NCBI RefSeq assembly: GCF_001949145.1
Contig: NW_019091355.1
Location: 2,317,107-2,381,106 of the forward strand
Origin: Acanthaster planci
Taxonomy: Eukaryota
Direction: 5' to 3'
DNA length: 64,000 nt
Position 1 is the stretch's first letter. Each line of letters begins with the position of its first letter. The translations under genes were made by a program, and so were the position numbers. The notes under the pieces were generated by a model. It saw only the letters and a program-made list of their open reading frames with translations, ran no database searches and was not told the origin of the DNA. This document shows, one piece after another, positions 40,178-55,100 of the stretch.

Positions 40178-43100
40178 ATGGCAGCTGAAGAAAATCTTCT
40201 TCCTGCCCTGTTGGGTTTGGCTTTCGATCAGATCGCCAGGACAAACTCCACCCAGGCTCTCTACCTGCCGTTGGGTAACGACACGGGCTTGCTGCCGGCG
40301 AACGGCACCGGGTTTCCCCCATCGAGCGAGCCATCCAGAGAGCCCGAGGAGGATTTCTGCGACCTACAGTACGGGGTCCAGGACCAGACGGCACAGTCCC
40401 TCATCACCGCCGTCTACTCTCTCACCATCCTCCTTGCTGTGGTCGGCAACGTCATCGTGATCGCCGTGCTGGGTTTCGCTGCCCGGGCCAAGACGGACCT
40501 CAACCATTTCCTGGTCAATTTGGCCGTGGCGGATCTCCTTTCGGCCGTTTTCTGTATGCCCTTTACCTTCGTCTACATCATGAAGGAGGACTGGTATTTC
40601 GGCTCACTGGGGTGCCCCCTTATATTTTTCATTCAGCAGGTAAGTCAACTTTCCCGTCAGAACTGTCAGACTAACATTTCCAAACGTTTCATTCGCGATG
40701 ACACTACGAAATACCAAATTGGTAACATTTAAAGTTCCTGCTTAGATTCCGTTTAATGTTAAGGAAGACGTTCTAAAACCAAATGTAAGTTGTTAGATTT
40801 AGTAAAGTATGTGTGATGGCTTCTGCATCGTATAGATTGGCTGTGCGATCAAAGAGAAATTTCCTAGTAATTGTTATGTTGTGGAAGTGATATCCTCTAT
40901 TCTGCACTCGCATGCTGTCAATACAGAAAGCCAATATTCCACTTCCCCCCAAAAATAATACTCGGGGTCATGTCTCCTGATTCACATTATCAATATGCTG
41001 CTCCGTGTGACACTTTCCCCCTGGGTTAAACTGTTGCATTTTCATTCTGCCCGCACCACCGGATGGGGCAACGTTAGATCCATCGATTGTGTGAAGCGAA
41101 AGTGTCTTGTGGATGTGACCTACTCGCTAGCGAGTTGTTAAAGTAATGGCCCGTAGTTTGTTGGAGGGAGAGTTGGCGGGAAAGGTTAGAATGCGAGCGC
41201 GACTCTTGAAGATTCGCTGCAGCAAGCGCCAGTGCCGATGGTCGTCATTGCAACAGCACGACAACATTTATAAGGATTACGGTCGGATATCTGGCAATGT
41301 TTGTTATTCAAAGGTGCCGACTTATTATCATGACAGTGGTACCATGTTTTGTGACAGGAGCCCCGGAAATCTAGATTTGTAACTCCCAGTCACAGGTCGG
41401 AGGAGCGAATCCAGCACCTGGTATTTGTATGTGTGATCTTCGGGGTGTATAAATACAAATTCTAACTGTGCAGAAGAATCCTCAATGTAATTCTTTCTCC
41501 TTCCATATCTTAACTGTTTGTTTGCTGGGTGCTGTCGAACTAGGTGTACGACTAGTTTATTAATTTTCATTTAAATTCATACCCACGCTTCCCTGAAAAT
41601 AAATCATTACCTGTGTTTGTCCATTACAATCGAATAGCATCCTTTCGAATGAATTGAATGTATTTCCTGCAGTCTTAATGCTACTTGATCTTCCAAAATA
41701 AACACAATCATTATACGCAGGGAGCGATGAAATTAGTAGTTAGAAGCAACCTTAAATATGATACTGCACCAATGCTTTATGGAATGATTCGAACGTAGCG
41801 TCTTCCATAATTACGGAATCCCATGCATTGTATCTCCCCGTTTGTCTCATCAATGAGAAAAACTAGCCTTTGTTGGCATATGTGTATAAAGCATATTGCA
41901 CAAGTAAAATGAGCAAATACTTCGGCTCCGGTTGCTTCCTAAAAGGACCCGTCTTTGTGTGCTATCCAATGGCGTTAAGTTTGAAAACTACCCACAAAAT
42001 TGCTTTCCTCACGTTTTTTTTCACAGGGGATTAACGCCCCCTGGTGTTCTACTGAGCAGAACATTTGTCCAAGATGTATCACTGGCGTTGCTGCCACTGA
42101 TTTCGAGTGCTGTTTTCATTTTACCAATGAAAACCGCTTTATCAGCGGAAGAAAACAACCTAGCTGCATTTATTCTTAAAGTTATACAGTGTTTACTTAA
42201 TCTTTAGTGACGAGGGTCATTTCTCTTTTCGTGGTCAAGGTGATATACTGAGTGGGTGTTGTCTTAATACACTGTACTGCATCAGTGCCTGATATCAGTG
42301 GTAGGAGTTATCTCTTTCGGTAAACAACTTTAGGCATCTTTAACTTCATAATTAAAGATACCTTCACAGTTTAGATAAAGATATATGTCTGACGCTTTTC
42401 TTTAAGTTTTCATTGATATTTCCCACAATTGGAACTTTAGCCTGAAGAAACCTCTCATCGGTACAAACTTGCTTTTCTGAATCATGTGTGGAACAGACAG
42501 TTATTGACGCTTGAAACGGGAGACATGAGTATCGGTTTTAGAAATCTCTTCCAATTTTGCTCACGACCGCTGGTAGACTACTTCACTGGATTGCTTGCAA
42601 TCCCATGTTAATTGTCCCTGAAGCAAATAATCATCATGCAAAGTTCCGACCGCGAAAGAGGCGCCAGAGGTAGATGGCGTTTTTGATTAAAATGCTACCT
42701 TGCAGGGTTTTCCCCCGCAAGTGATACCAGATATGTATCTGCATTTTAGCCTATGTTGGGACCAGTGGCTCCATCTCAAAGTGCTTTTCGACTGCAAGAC
42801 TTCATAGGTGCCCTGGAGACCTTAAACCACCGTGCAGTCTGTTATCGACCGATGTTTTCCCTCATGCTGTACCCGTCATCAATGTCGACCTACATGTATT
42901 TGTTTTGGTTTGTTATATTTGGTTTTAGAGGCAAAACACGAAATAAAGCACAGTAAATTCGGAAAACGTCTTCATGGTTGAATGCACAACTAAATCATGG
43001 CGAAATGAAACTAACTTCTGCATCGACCCAGACATTATACAATGTTACCAGTATTGAACTGATTTTATGAAATAAATAATGCTTACAATGTGTTACTCGT

Positions 43101-46100
43101 TCACTGTAAACGTCGATGATATCCTGTTTAATTTTCAGTTGTCACTTGTTGTCTAAGTGGTGTAGCGATCTTCAGTATTAGATTAGTAGCCAGTTTACAT
43201 AGCAAAAGACTTCAAAGTTTTCTCCCGAGGTTTATCCGAGAGAAAATTAAGTTTTGAGAATCAAAAATCGAGAAAATTAAATGATTTTCTTGTGAGAGGT
43301 ATTTACTTGGTATCTTCCACCAACTTTATTTTTACCTATTTGGCATGACACACGCAATTCCTATATAAGTCAGCCACGAGGGAGTTCGTAAATCCCGAAA
43401 GACATCTGCCGTTATTGAGAACATCGCATCGGCTGACATTTTCAAAGAAGAATTGTTTCCTTTTCAAGGGCCAATAAAGTTGAGGAGCAATGCAAAGTAA
43501 CAAGCGGTTACTGGTGCAAACACGCTCAGGCGTTGGTCAGGTACGAAGGGGAGTGTAACAATATAGTCCCCAGGGAAAAAAGTGTGTTTCACGTCAATGG
43601 GTATCCGAAGACCGGATGCCGCATAAATACATACCAAACGAATCAGAAGAACTGGTCAAAGACACCGCGAGGCGTCGGCCAGCACACACCTGCTGAACAT
43701 CTTGTATTAGGTGTGTTGCACCAGGCGTCAACTGTTCTGGAATTGTGACAGAGAGAACGAGGAAATCGATGATATAAAAACTATCACTTGCGATACCGAG
43801 TTCGGGATGATAAAATAATGATGTGAATGTCGATAGGAGCAGATGTGAAATATCGACCTGACACTAGGAGGGAAGGTGAAATGGTGTCATGAGAGAAAGA
43901 AAAAAAGGAGGAAAGATAACTCGACTGTTATCAACCACAGCCGTTAGACGATCTGAGCAAAGCACTGGCTTGGTAGCTGCGGCAAGGTTAAATGCATTTG
44001 ACACTGGGCGCCTGACGTGGGGAAGGCACTGTGCGGAAATGCCCGGTTAAACAAGTTTCCTCGCTTGGAAAGCAGTTTGGCTATTTTGTGGTTGGCATTA
44101 TTGGTCATAAAGTGAAGAAACTTCAATGACGTGATCGTCAAACAGTTTTGTTGAAAGAGTGTTAGTGTGCAAATATAGGGATCTTTTGCTCTCTTCAGTT
44201 TAATACAAGTTATAAAAGCAGTGGCAAGCGTTACCGCCACTTGCAGAAGACCACAACCATTAAATGTATTGAGTGTAAGTTCAGCGTAATCTGACATCTC
44301 CTCTTATAAACCACGACTGGAGCAGCTTCGCGAAGCTGGAAATATTTCGTCAAATGTTAGCTTATTTCTCTCAGCATTGCTAGGAATATACATGTACGTG
44401 GCATTTGCGCACCCCCCAAAATCCCTCCACAAATGAGGGATCCGTGTATTGAAAAGACAAGCGAAACACGTCCACACGCAACAGCCGGGCACTGTCGAGC
44501 AAGTTGGCATTTAACTTGTCGATGGGAAGCACTAGCAGATCACAAGTAAAGTTGGCTTGAGGAAATTACGCACCAGACGTTGAGTTAAAGCCGCACACAA
44601 GGACTGATATATGCTTCAATCAACAAGCTTATTTGTGGAGACTTCAAAAAATACAATCAATGACAGGGAAATGTAATAATTTCATTAGATTGCGGGATAC
44701 CATAAAAAGACACTGTTCAATCCCTGCAAAGCCCGGATAAGATGCTTGCATGAAAGATGATGTGGTTTCAGTCTGTTTTCTGCTGAGAGTGAACCCTCAT
44801 GGGGTGTAGTGTTTTTGCAGACGCTGCACGCCCGGTACTTAACGCTAATCCCCGAGGGTGTATGTAAAATCACATTGAAATCGAAGGATTTGGGACTGTT
44901 AGGGTTAGACAAAAGCCATTAGAGCACTATGTTTTTTCGACGGTCAGCGCTCTTTCGCCAGATCCTAAGGGTTTCCTCTACTACAGAAATCCTTTATTCT
45001 TCGGGATTTAATTCCCAGGTCCGGCTTCCGCTTTGACATTTTCACGCGCAGTTTTCATCCATTGAAGCCATGCTGCCGTGTCTATTGGCCCTTTGCCAAA
45101 AAACCCTGGGAAGTTTCAGGAGCCTCACCCGAGGCGTGGATATAGAGGGAGGTGGTCAAACCCACTCTGACACCCACTAAAGGACATAATACAAAAAACG
45201 AAAAACAATGACATAGATAGTCGTCATTTTTGAATGACATCATGTAAAGGTTGTTGTGCGCATACAGCACTATGTAATGCATTTTCTTTGTTCCCGTCTA
45301 GATCTGTCCATAACGATCGGGCATAAAAAATTTGACGGGCCTGAACCCCCCCCCCGAAAAATTCTTGGATCTGCCAACGCTGTTCCCCTGGGAATTATGT
45401 TATTTCTAAGCTGCCCTCCAACAACAAGAGAGCAGGTAGCTGCTGGGCGCATTCACTGGTCCCCTCCACCTTTACAAGGCGCCTAGAAGAGCAAATGCCT
45501 TTTTTTGAAGGAAATACGTCACAGTTACTGATCCACAAGGCATTGTGCGTTATGTGTGCACATTTAGTTCCTTGTCATCCCCACACGGAATTGTTGACCT
45601 ATGATTCTATCCATTGAGTGGTCGACGAAATTACGTTATGCATTAACCTCGCCCTTTCCAGCGCTTTTAAGGGCGTAAGGGATGATGAGCGAATCGGACG
45701 CATAGACTTTATTCATAGGGCCAGCCATATTGAATTTGAAAGCGAGGTTAAGTCTTCATGTTTTAATGTTGAGAATACCAATGAAAGCAATAAAATGAAA
45801 TTTCATGACCAATTTGCACCTGTCTACTCTGATAAATAATTTCAAATTCATGATTGACCACATAGAACTGTAGGCCTACCTTGTCAGATTCCGGAAAATT
45901 ATTGAAAGGGGGTCTTGGAACGCACAGAATTATAAAACAGTCTGGTGCCAGCGTAATCGACATCAGTTTCCAATATACAAAACAGATCTGGGGAAAAATA
46001 ACAAAATGGCATCCTTGTGAGTATTGTTTATTGCTCATTAACGCCGAGCGAGGTTGAGAAGATTGCGTTACCAAAGGAAATATGTGGGAACATTTTGGCG

Positions 46101-49100
46101 TTTTATACGTAGTCACGTGTTTTTTTGCAACCAGATGCAAACAGAGTGATGTTTCATTTTCACATATTACTACGTTGCAACATACAAACCTAAAATATTA
46201 AAGAGCAAACCTATAAAATGAGTCTACACCATCTGGCATTTTAAGGAACTATGTCGATGACATTTAGGGAATTTCAAAGAAATTATGTTGAAGCCCCTTT
46301 AAGCCTGCATCTGACCCCAAGTTTCAAATGTCAGCGGGAAGTCGTTGATAAATATTTGTCACTATACTGCTGGGGGTGAAACGTACATCACAACGAAGTG
46401 TTAAACTCTCTTAGTATGTTTGACAGGGAAGCCCGCTACTGTCACGAGTTCAATACATCATTAGACTGGGTCTTGTTGCCAGTGCGAGATAGACACTCTC
46501 TGTGGGCACTTGCCCCTACTTAAGCAGTCGGTTTCAAAACGTCAAAGTCGACTGCATGCTTTCTCTCGGCATTCCTAGCTAACGTGTTGACTGGAGCTGC
46601 ACCCGATCGTTGTATTTGCACAATAAAGTAGCCCTCATGCCGAGAGGAAATGAAATGCTGCGGCAGTTCTAATGGATCTGCGGGCCAGTGTTCTCTGCTA
46701 TCAGCCTGGGAGCGAAACTGGCAAAATTCTCTCAAATATAGGTTGGCAAGCGCATTTTAAAGGAGCAATTTCGAGAACAAAAAAGATAAAAACATTTCTT
46801 AAAGAGATAAATGACTCCCTTCTATTGGTTTTTCTAAGCTTCTAAATTAGAAACCAAATTAACTTGAATTATTTGATAAGATTAACTAATTCACTGGTGA
46901 GAAGGGGAGGGATGTCGAACAAAACTTGGTCTGCACGCATGCGCTTTGCAATAGTACGAAACAACCAACCAATCACATTAGTTCCAGAACCATCAGACTA
47001 CTCCTTAAGTGGACTTTGCCATAATAAGAAAAATACCCTTTTAAAACACCCATCAAATAAACCAACTCTGGAAACTGACTGTATTAGGTCGCCCTTCCAA
47101 TGTAAATTGAGTAAAGTAATATAAATATAAATCGTCGACTGGAGAGCGTTGTACCACCCTTTCATTTTCAGTACTCGATCAAAGTCCGAATGTGAACGTT
47201 CAAGAAGAGCACAGCTTTATCTTTTACTTTTGCCGCGGAACGTATTCAACATTTCCAAGAAATAAGTCAGCGCACTACATTTTATGTGGTACAGGAATTT
47301 TTGGCCACCCATAGTGATAATTGTATGGGTCTTGTGATGTAAAGTCTGACAGTTGAAAAATACAAATGGACTCGGTCACTCACCAATAGCTTGGTTATTT
47401 TAACACTTCAGTCTACAAACATGACTGTGTGCATGCATTTGTGCTTCTTGGTATTTTCTCACTTGCCCATGCAGTGCAATATACAGCAAGCTCGTTTGGA
47501 CTTCATTAAACACCTTATTACACAGTCCCGTGAGGACCCCGAAGGGATATGAATATGGAATCATTCTGTGAGGCCCTGGATGCAACCGGTGGACGAACCT
47601 GCGCTCGTGCGAAGAGACAGAGCTTCTTCTGTGCCGCTTGACTGGTGAGAATGAGCCCGTTCGGCATTTCAACAGCGCATGCTCCAAAATGAAGCGCTCC
47701 CAAGGCAACCTCGCTCCCATGGGTACGATCTTGCAGCGTCATGTTGGTTCCCACCATGCCTTGCTCTATGTAACCTTCTTTAAATATTAAATTAGGACTT
47801 TAGTCAGGTCGTTTACGCGCGACGCAGATCTACGCTTGCGTGATGTGCTCTGTTCCCGAATGACCTTCCTCTTTTAGAATACCGACCTGGTTCAGTACGT
47901 TTTCGATGGTCCTATCGCATGATTGTCTAGTGAGACAACAGACAACGTCCACACATCATCCTTGTCAATTCTATTCTACACATCATTTAAGAGCACAATT
48001 TTACAACGGAACAAAAATGAAGAAGAGTTTCTCTACGAATCTCGAAGATTAAACTTTGACCTCTAAATAGGTAGAGAACTGCTGTTCTGTTTTGATTCGC
48101 CAGTCAGGGTAAAAAGTGTCACGCAATCAATCACGTTTGTGTAGATGTGTCTTTTGCATAAATGCATGTTCATGCCAAAAGATTTGAAACCGAGTTGATA
48201 ATCCCTATTTTGTGATGTTTTCCAATTATCAGATATGTTTGTAGAAACTTTATACTTGGATTATTTATATACATGTATGTCAAAAATATATACATCAAGA
48301 CAGGATTGCTCACGGGAAACAAAATTGTAATCTTGATATTCGAAAACATGTCTTTCCTTGTCGAATTGTTTTTAAACAATTTAAAAGAATTACAATTCAA
48401 ATTAATTTTTAAGAGCAGTATAGTAGTTATCAGAATACCTGATAGTAATACAACAGGTAAACTGAACAAAGGGTGTGGTGTTTATTATACGTTGCCTAGA
48501 CAATTAATTATCATACATTCACCTGCATTGTCGCAATATTTCTGCTGGGAAATTTCAAAGAAACTACATGTACATCTTACTACTTCCACCTGTCCTCTTC
48601 TTTCCTTTTCTCCATTAATCCCCTTCTTCACAATAATAGTCAGTGCGAAAGATCAGCCTTGATAAGCGTTCTTGGATAGAGCACGTTTGCAAATAAGACA
48701 TAAACGATTAACGAACTCGTACGTAAGTAACGTAACACCTTCATCCAAACGTTACTGCTTTTTCCACTGCTCAGGATAGGAAGTATAAACACATGCCGGA
48801 AAGTATTTGACCGTGTCCAGTCAACCGAAAGGGAGCTCCAGCGAACCGTACTGTTTATAAATGTGGATATAATATTTTGTAACTTTCATGCATGCGCAAA
48901 TAGTGAACTGGGTCAATCTTTTCTCTGTCGATGACGAAGATGCATGGAAAAGTGTAAAATGTTAAATGGATAACAACTGATTTGGGATCCAAGCCCTAGT
49001 TTGGATGCTGAGTGCTGGAAATTTGGCTTCCCTTTGATTTCGGTAGTGTTTGGTCTATAAACATATAGGCATATAACAGTACGATACTTCGTTCAGTTGA

Positions 49101-52100
49101 TCGTGTTGAAAGCATGGATGTTTCTGTGTTAACGTGAAGATTATTATGATCAAATCTGTTGTTTATTATCAAGCGAACTCATGGGTCAATCCAGTCGAAC
49201 GCTGAACTCCTGATTGATAAGCTCATTTGGTAAACGACGGTAGCGGCAGTCAATTTATTAGCTGGAGACCATGTGATGAAATCAGATAAGAGCGGAGTAT
49301 ATTTCACATTGCCCCGCCAGATCGTGTGGCTGGCTCTTTCATACGGTCCCTCGCTTCTAAAGTCATTTATCTAACAGCGAAATTGCAAATGAAAACTGAC
49401 ACGTTACAGATTTCACGGGGGAAAACGCCACAGAAGTATCACAGTGACACCATTGTATATGACTTTATGGGGTCGCAGTTAAGAATGGGTATTGCCCTTA
49501 TTATAGCACCCCCCCTTGAGTTGCTTATTTTGCTGGGGGTGGGGGGGTCCGATCCCCTAGGATTATAGGAATCTCGGAGGATTTCGTTACAACAATAAAA
49601 TCCCCTAACGATCACATGCACGAGACCTTGTGACAGTGGCTCTCGGCGTGAAAGATTTAGCCTTCGGAATCATTGATACAGATTGCCAGATGCAAAAATA
49701 ACTGAACTTGGGTTTCACTGTTTGGTGAAATTGACTACAACTGGCTAGGCCTTATGGTAAAAGCACCGTTCTACAAAATATCTCACCGTTTACGTTAAAC
49801 CGAGTGATTACGCTCAGAAAGAAATAGTTTCTATACGCGGTAACTCAGACACTTTCCTCAGTGATCCAAACTATTTCTTGATCTGGAGTTTCTCGGATGA
49901 GTTGCAGATAAAAAAGGGACTGAGCATAAAACGGGAAGCTCTGGATCATTTTACACCGAGGACGACCTGGACCAACGGTCAGAAATATTACCGCTTGTCC
50001 ACTGGAACCACGTGGACCTTTCTCTAGTATCAGTGGCGGGAAAACCCTCAACCAAAGCGTCCAGTGCGATTTGAGACCATAGGGAGCCGCCTCTGTGGCG
50101 ATTTTGTGGGTTTAGTTTTGCTTTCTTACGAGCTGTCAGTTTCAGATGTCTGTATTGCCAATGTTATTTGACTTCAGGCCAGGTCTGAAGTTGTTAAAGC
50201 TTTTCTAATTGACGTCATGTTTTATAACTGAATGAGATCAAATTACTCATGCTGTGCAGGGTTAGAATTACCACTTTACATTCCTGATTCGCCAGGAAAA
50301 TTGAGTAATCCAATATGAAATCAATGATGTGCTCTAGCCTGCTTCCGGGATATCTAGAACGACGTGTCCAACACCCCGCACTGTTGGGATACAGCGCAAG
50401 CAAACTTAATCCATCGGAGCATGGTTGGTTTTTGTAAACAAAGCAACACTGAACGAGATTGTTTCCGTAGCGCTTTTTTCAAGTGCATGCATGATCAATC
50501 AGGATTCAACTTGAAAACGCAAGTTGAACGACAGACAAAACCTCCATGCTGATGCAAACATTTCTTGTGCCAAAACAATTTTGCTTTCCTGACATCCTGT
50601 GGAAGGCAAGATTCTAGAGGACCCTGTTTATCGTCAAAACACCTGTACATGCCAAGACATGTATTAACTTCACAATTCGTGTTTCGAATATCATGCCAAT
50701 TTCCCTAGGCATTTTGTATCTTATTTCCCTATGTCTTGAGGAAAGGGTTTAGGATATACGGTGTTTGTGGTTGTTCCAGCTGGGTATAGTTCGTGTGTTT
50801 AAAAGACTGAAATAATATATTCTCACTTTCTTCATTTTGAAACATGTTGTGTTACTTTCGTTTGTGCTTGGATTCACTTTTAACCTATTGCATAGTTACT
50901 TCCTCCTCTTTGACATCATACCTAAACGCTAAAAAAAACGCAATTAAACACATTGTGTGATTATTTTCTGCAATAGCTTCCATCAATTTCGTGCAATACT
51001 CTAAATATCTTTTGCACTGTAATGATTACAATCTGGCAGCAAGAAAGTGTTTCCAAAATGTTCAACTGTAAACACGTTTTTTTCCTCTACATCAGTAGAT
51101 CCTTTGCTTTCCACAGGTAACAGCAAGACAGAGCAGGATATCGCCAAGCAGAATGCTTAAGTTGACGGCAAAGCTCTAATAGCCTTCTGAATTAGACTTT
51201 CTGAACGAAAGGTCCAGCTGCTTTTACACTTCCAATTTTGTCTCAAATTGGAAATTGAGGCCGTGCCCGAAAAGGGCTTCCAGAGCTACGGCTAGGTCTA
51301 TTGTCTAGGCGTCTCCACGCATTTCCGATGGAGTGAAGACCTAGACCTTTGCTCGTTTGCCGTTTTACCTATTAAAAGAATCAGGCATAGATAAGAGATT
51401 GTAGGAAGCCATAGAGCAGAAGCTACCGACTGAATCGCTGACCATTACTGCAGTGTCCCCGTCACTCAAGCGCGCATTCCTATTAAGGCCGTTTTCCAAA
51501 ACTCAACTTCGTCTCCGTCTCAGGCTTCGTGTAGGAAACCAATCCCCGATTGTGGGCCTGAAGCATTTAAATTAAATTGAAATACTGTCATGTTTGGCTC
51601 TTTTGCATCTTACTTGATGACTTACTATTGCGCTTACAACCTCAAAGTCTAGAAGAAAAAAAAACAGTTGAAGCCTGAGACGGAGCCCAAGTCAAGTATT
51701 GGAAAACGGCCTAAGCTTGGCGAGCTCTTGATTGTGGCAGTGTGTTCCCATTGGCTGATGAGGAAGCATTCAATGTGCATCTCTTTTGTGGGGACACCAC
51801 AGTAACAGCTCCTGATTCTTGTCACCAGATCCATCTATAGTCTTCGACGCATGTGGATGGTTTGGGTCATAGGAATCAAGTTGGAATCAAGTTCCACATA
51901 GCTATTTCAAGTACTTGTACATTTTACTTGACAACGATGAGGGTATCCCGCTGTTGATATGGAGTCGTGGTCACGACTTTGCGTTTACAAGGCCTCTCTG
52001 GGTTTCACAGTTCGGCACTGGACCAGGATTCAGTCAGCTGCCACGTAGCCTTAATTCAAGGCTTCAGTGAGCAGCTGCCAGCTTGCATGAGGCATGAATG

Positions 52101-55100
52101 CATTCGGTCTAAAAGAAAAAAAACGCTGGAGATAATAAAAAAATATTTCCATCCGTGACTTGCTGAACGCCAACCTTTAAGCCAGGGGTAAGAATCCTGG
52201 AGCAACTGTGTGACATGCAGAAAGTACACGTATTTGCTCTGTGTTCGCGCGCTGTTACGACGGGGGGGGGAGTTTGATTAGAACGTTCTCTGGTTTAACC
52301 CTGAGCCAATAATCTGTCCATCACAAACGTACAAAGGCCTGACCCTTGGTGCCATTAAAGATATTTCAATGGTCTCCGAGAAAAGATCGCCATCAAGGTT
52401 GTTACCAAGAACCCTTGGTTCCAAACATTCTCCCAAACAATTTGTTCTTGAACGGAGTTTGCATGTGTTTTTTCACCCTGTAACGAAACATCAGTCTCCA
52501 ACTTTCCGCCTCATGGGCTGTGCCTGCGATGTGAAATACATGTACATTATTGGACTGAAAAATGATTTCTGGCTTCGCTGAACGCCAAAACGATTGCGCT
52601 TGTGGCAAACAGAGCAAAACACAACCGACGTCACGGTACGTTTTTCTCTTTTTTGGCAATGAGAGAGAAAAAAGGAACCAAATAAGATGGCTATGGATGG
52701 GATGAGCTAAGGATGATGTCAGATGAGACGAAATGAACTTGCGTTCACCTTGAGCATTTTTTCAGGGCAGAATATTAATATGCCACGTCACAATTACGGA
52801 CCCAGTGGTCGAGTTCAATAGGAATTCCTTCAAGTTCTCTTTGTGTCTTTTTTTCTCCTGCATTGAAATTGGTATTGAAATTTTTAGCCACTTACTTTGT
52901 TATGAAATCACGGCATGTTCGCTTGGTCTATGTTGTGGAAATTTCGTAAAAATTGTGAAAGCTTACTGATGAATCTGTTACATCTGGCTGTGTGATACCT
53001 TTGTTTAGCAGGCTGTATATTTATGAGAAATCAACTTTTCAGGAATTATGAGGTATCAGGAATTTATGAAAATGTCTGGAGACTCGATTTGGATTTGTAT
53101 GGGATTTTTCAAGATCAAGGTATCTCGGGACAAACGTTCTCTTAGCCTTGTGTTAGAAACAGGCTTATGACTGACTTATGTATGACTTAACGTGGAGAAA
53201 AAACACAAAGGAAACAAACTACGTTCCCTGACGTCATTGGTCTAGTCCTCATTCAATTCTGCCCTCTGTGGTCAGCGCCTGCGCAGTGTTTATTAGAGAG
53301 TGTTATAAGGACAATACGATTCCGCAAATATCACTCATTTCCACCAAGGCCAATTGTGGTGCGGCCTTTAGTTAAAAACATCATGACCACAAACCAGGAG
53401 AGTACATGCATGCGGAGGTGACGGCAGAAAATCACAAAGCTTCTTTTGAGTATGGCTAAAAAAGACTCCGCTACTAGTAATATACGTAGATGCAATACAA
53501 AACTCTCAGGAGATTTTATACTTAATGGACTATTTCGCTATTTTTTGCTTTGTACTTGAAAAAGTTGTTAATTTCGTTAGACTATAGATAACACATTTAT
53601 TCATTGATTTTGGTTTTGGTCTTTTTCTTTTCTTTTCAATTCCCTTGAAGGTGGTCATCTGCGTGAGTGTGTTCACCCTAACCGCCGTCAGCATAGACCG
53701 CTACTTCGCCGTGGTGCGGCCCCTCAAGGCGCGCATCGCCCGCTCCAACGCCAAGACGGTCCTGGTCATTTCGGGCATCTGGGTGGCCTCGTGCATGATG
53801 GGGCTGGTCCAACTCCTCCTGGCCCGCACCCAGGAGTACCACTGGTGCTACGGCGAGCGCCACCTGGCGGTCTGCACAGAGCACTGGCCCGACGAGAACC
53901 TGGAGTTCGGCTACGAGATCTTTAACATGGGCGCCACCTACTTCGCCCCCTTGATCATCTTCTGCTTCACGTACAGCGTGGTCGGGCGCAAGCTGTGGGG
54001 CCGCAACCTCCCCGGTAACGCTGACCACATGAGAGACGCCTGCCACAGGAAGGCCAAGCGAAAGGTAACTCGAGAGCTTACAGGTGGAAAATAAACAGAT
54101 AACAAAGGTTGCTTTTTACATTTTACATTCTGTGGCCAGTTTAATAGCAGATTGTCAGTACCGAAACTAGTCGATGATAATTGAGTCCGAGTTACAGCCT
54201 GGGCAACTCCATGTGCAATCTGTACTTTGACCGCTAGTGCATTGCCTCTTACCAATGCACCCGCTCGATAGAATACATTTTGTCCCGTAGGACAACCGCT
54301 TTTATGAAATCTCAATGTCTTTCACATTTTGACATTATGTATAGTATCATTTGCTGCTCTTCGCGGTCTCCCACCATTACTGTTTAAGTGATACCCTCTA
54401 TATTCTTAGCTATGAAAAAGGCTATCGATAGCCAGTGATTCAACCGTGCCCCTGAGCCTAAATCCACGTAGCCGATTTGATAGTCCAGTACATATCCACC
54501 GTGTTGGTCGAACTAATGTCAGCCATGTAGTTGTCGGTGGAACAAACTGGCCTTTATTAAGGTTCTTTTGAATGGCTTTCAAAACCCTACGCCATTAATA
54601 CTGTGCCTGGTGTAGTAGAGAGTTAGACAACTTTTAAGCTATCTCCTTTCCTACGAACAACGGTAAGTTATAGTGATCGGTATACATAGACATGTTGATG
54701 TCAGTTTGCGCCTTTAAGCACCACTCTATCGCCGGCCTCTATTTTAAAGCAAACTTCCCGAGAAGCATCTTTCAGGAACTTAATGGATAGCTTGCCCATG
54801 GCTGTCCTTTGCCAGTCACATCAAAGACTCGATCCACGCAAAGGGTATGGGGTTCGAGGAGAGGCCATTTACATAATGAAAAGAGATCCCCCCGCAAAAA
54901 AGGTTTGTGTTAACTATTCGACCTTTTCAGTTTCGTTCTGTGTTTTTGGAAAGCTCAAACTACTTTCCCGGCCGAATTACCAGATCTTAAACCGATTGAT
55001 TTGACCTGAGGGGACGTATTGCTCTAGGAGGCTTTCGTCACTATGAGGTAATGGCTACTGCCGTGTTAGTGTTGACATTTTCAACCATTACCTGCTCCTT

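Noticed and set aside
48170..48662. AT-rich ORFs of 99 and 129 aa in the long GPCR intron
   Set aside because: Low-complexity I/L/N/K/F content with no clear motif or splice structure. At most a decayed LINE remnant, which cannot be supported by eye.
53678..54315. Minus-strand ORFs of 122 and 125 aa
   Set aside because: Antisense shadows of the GC3-rich GPCR exon.
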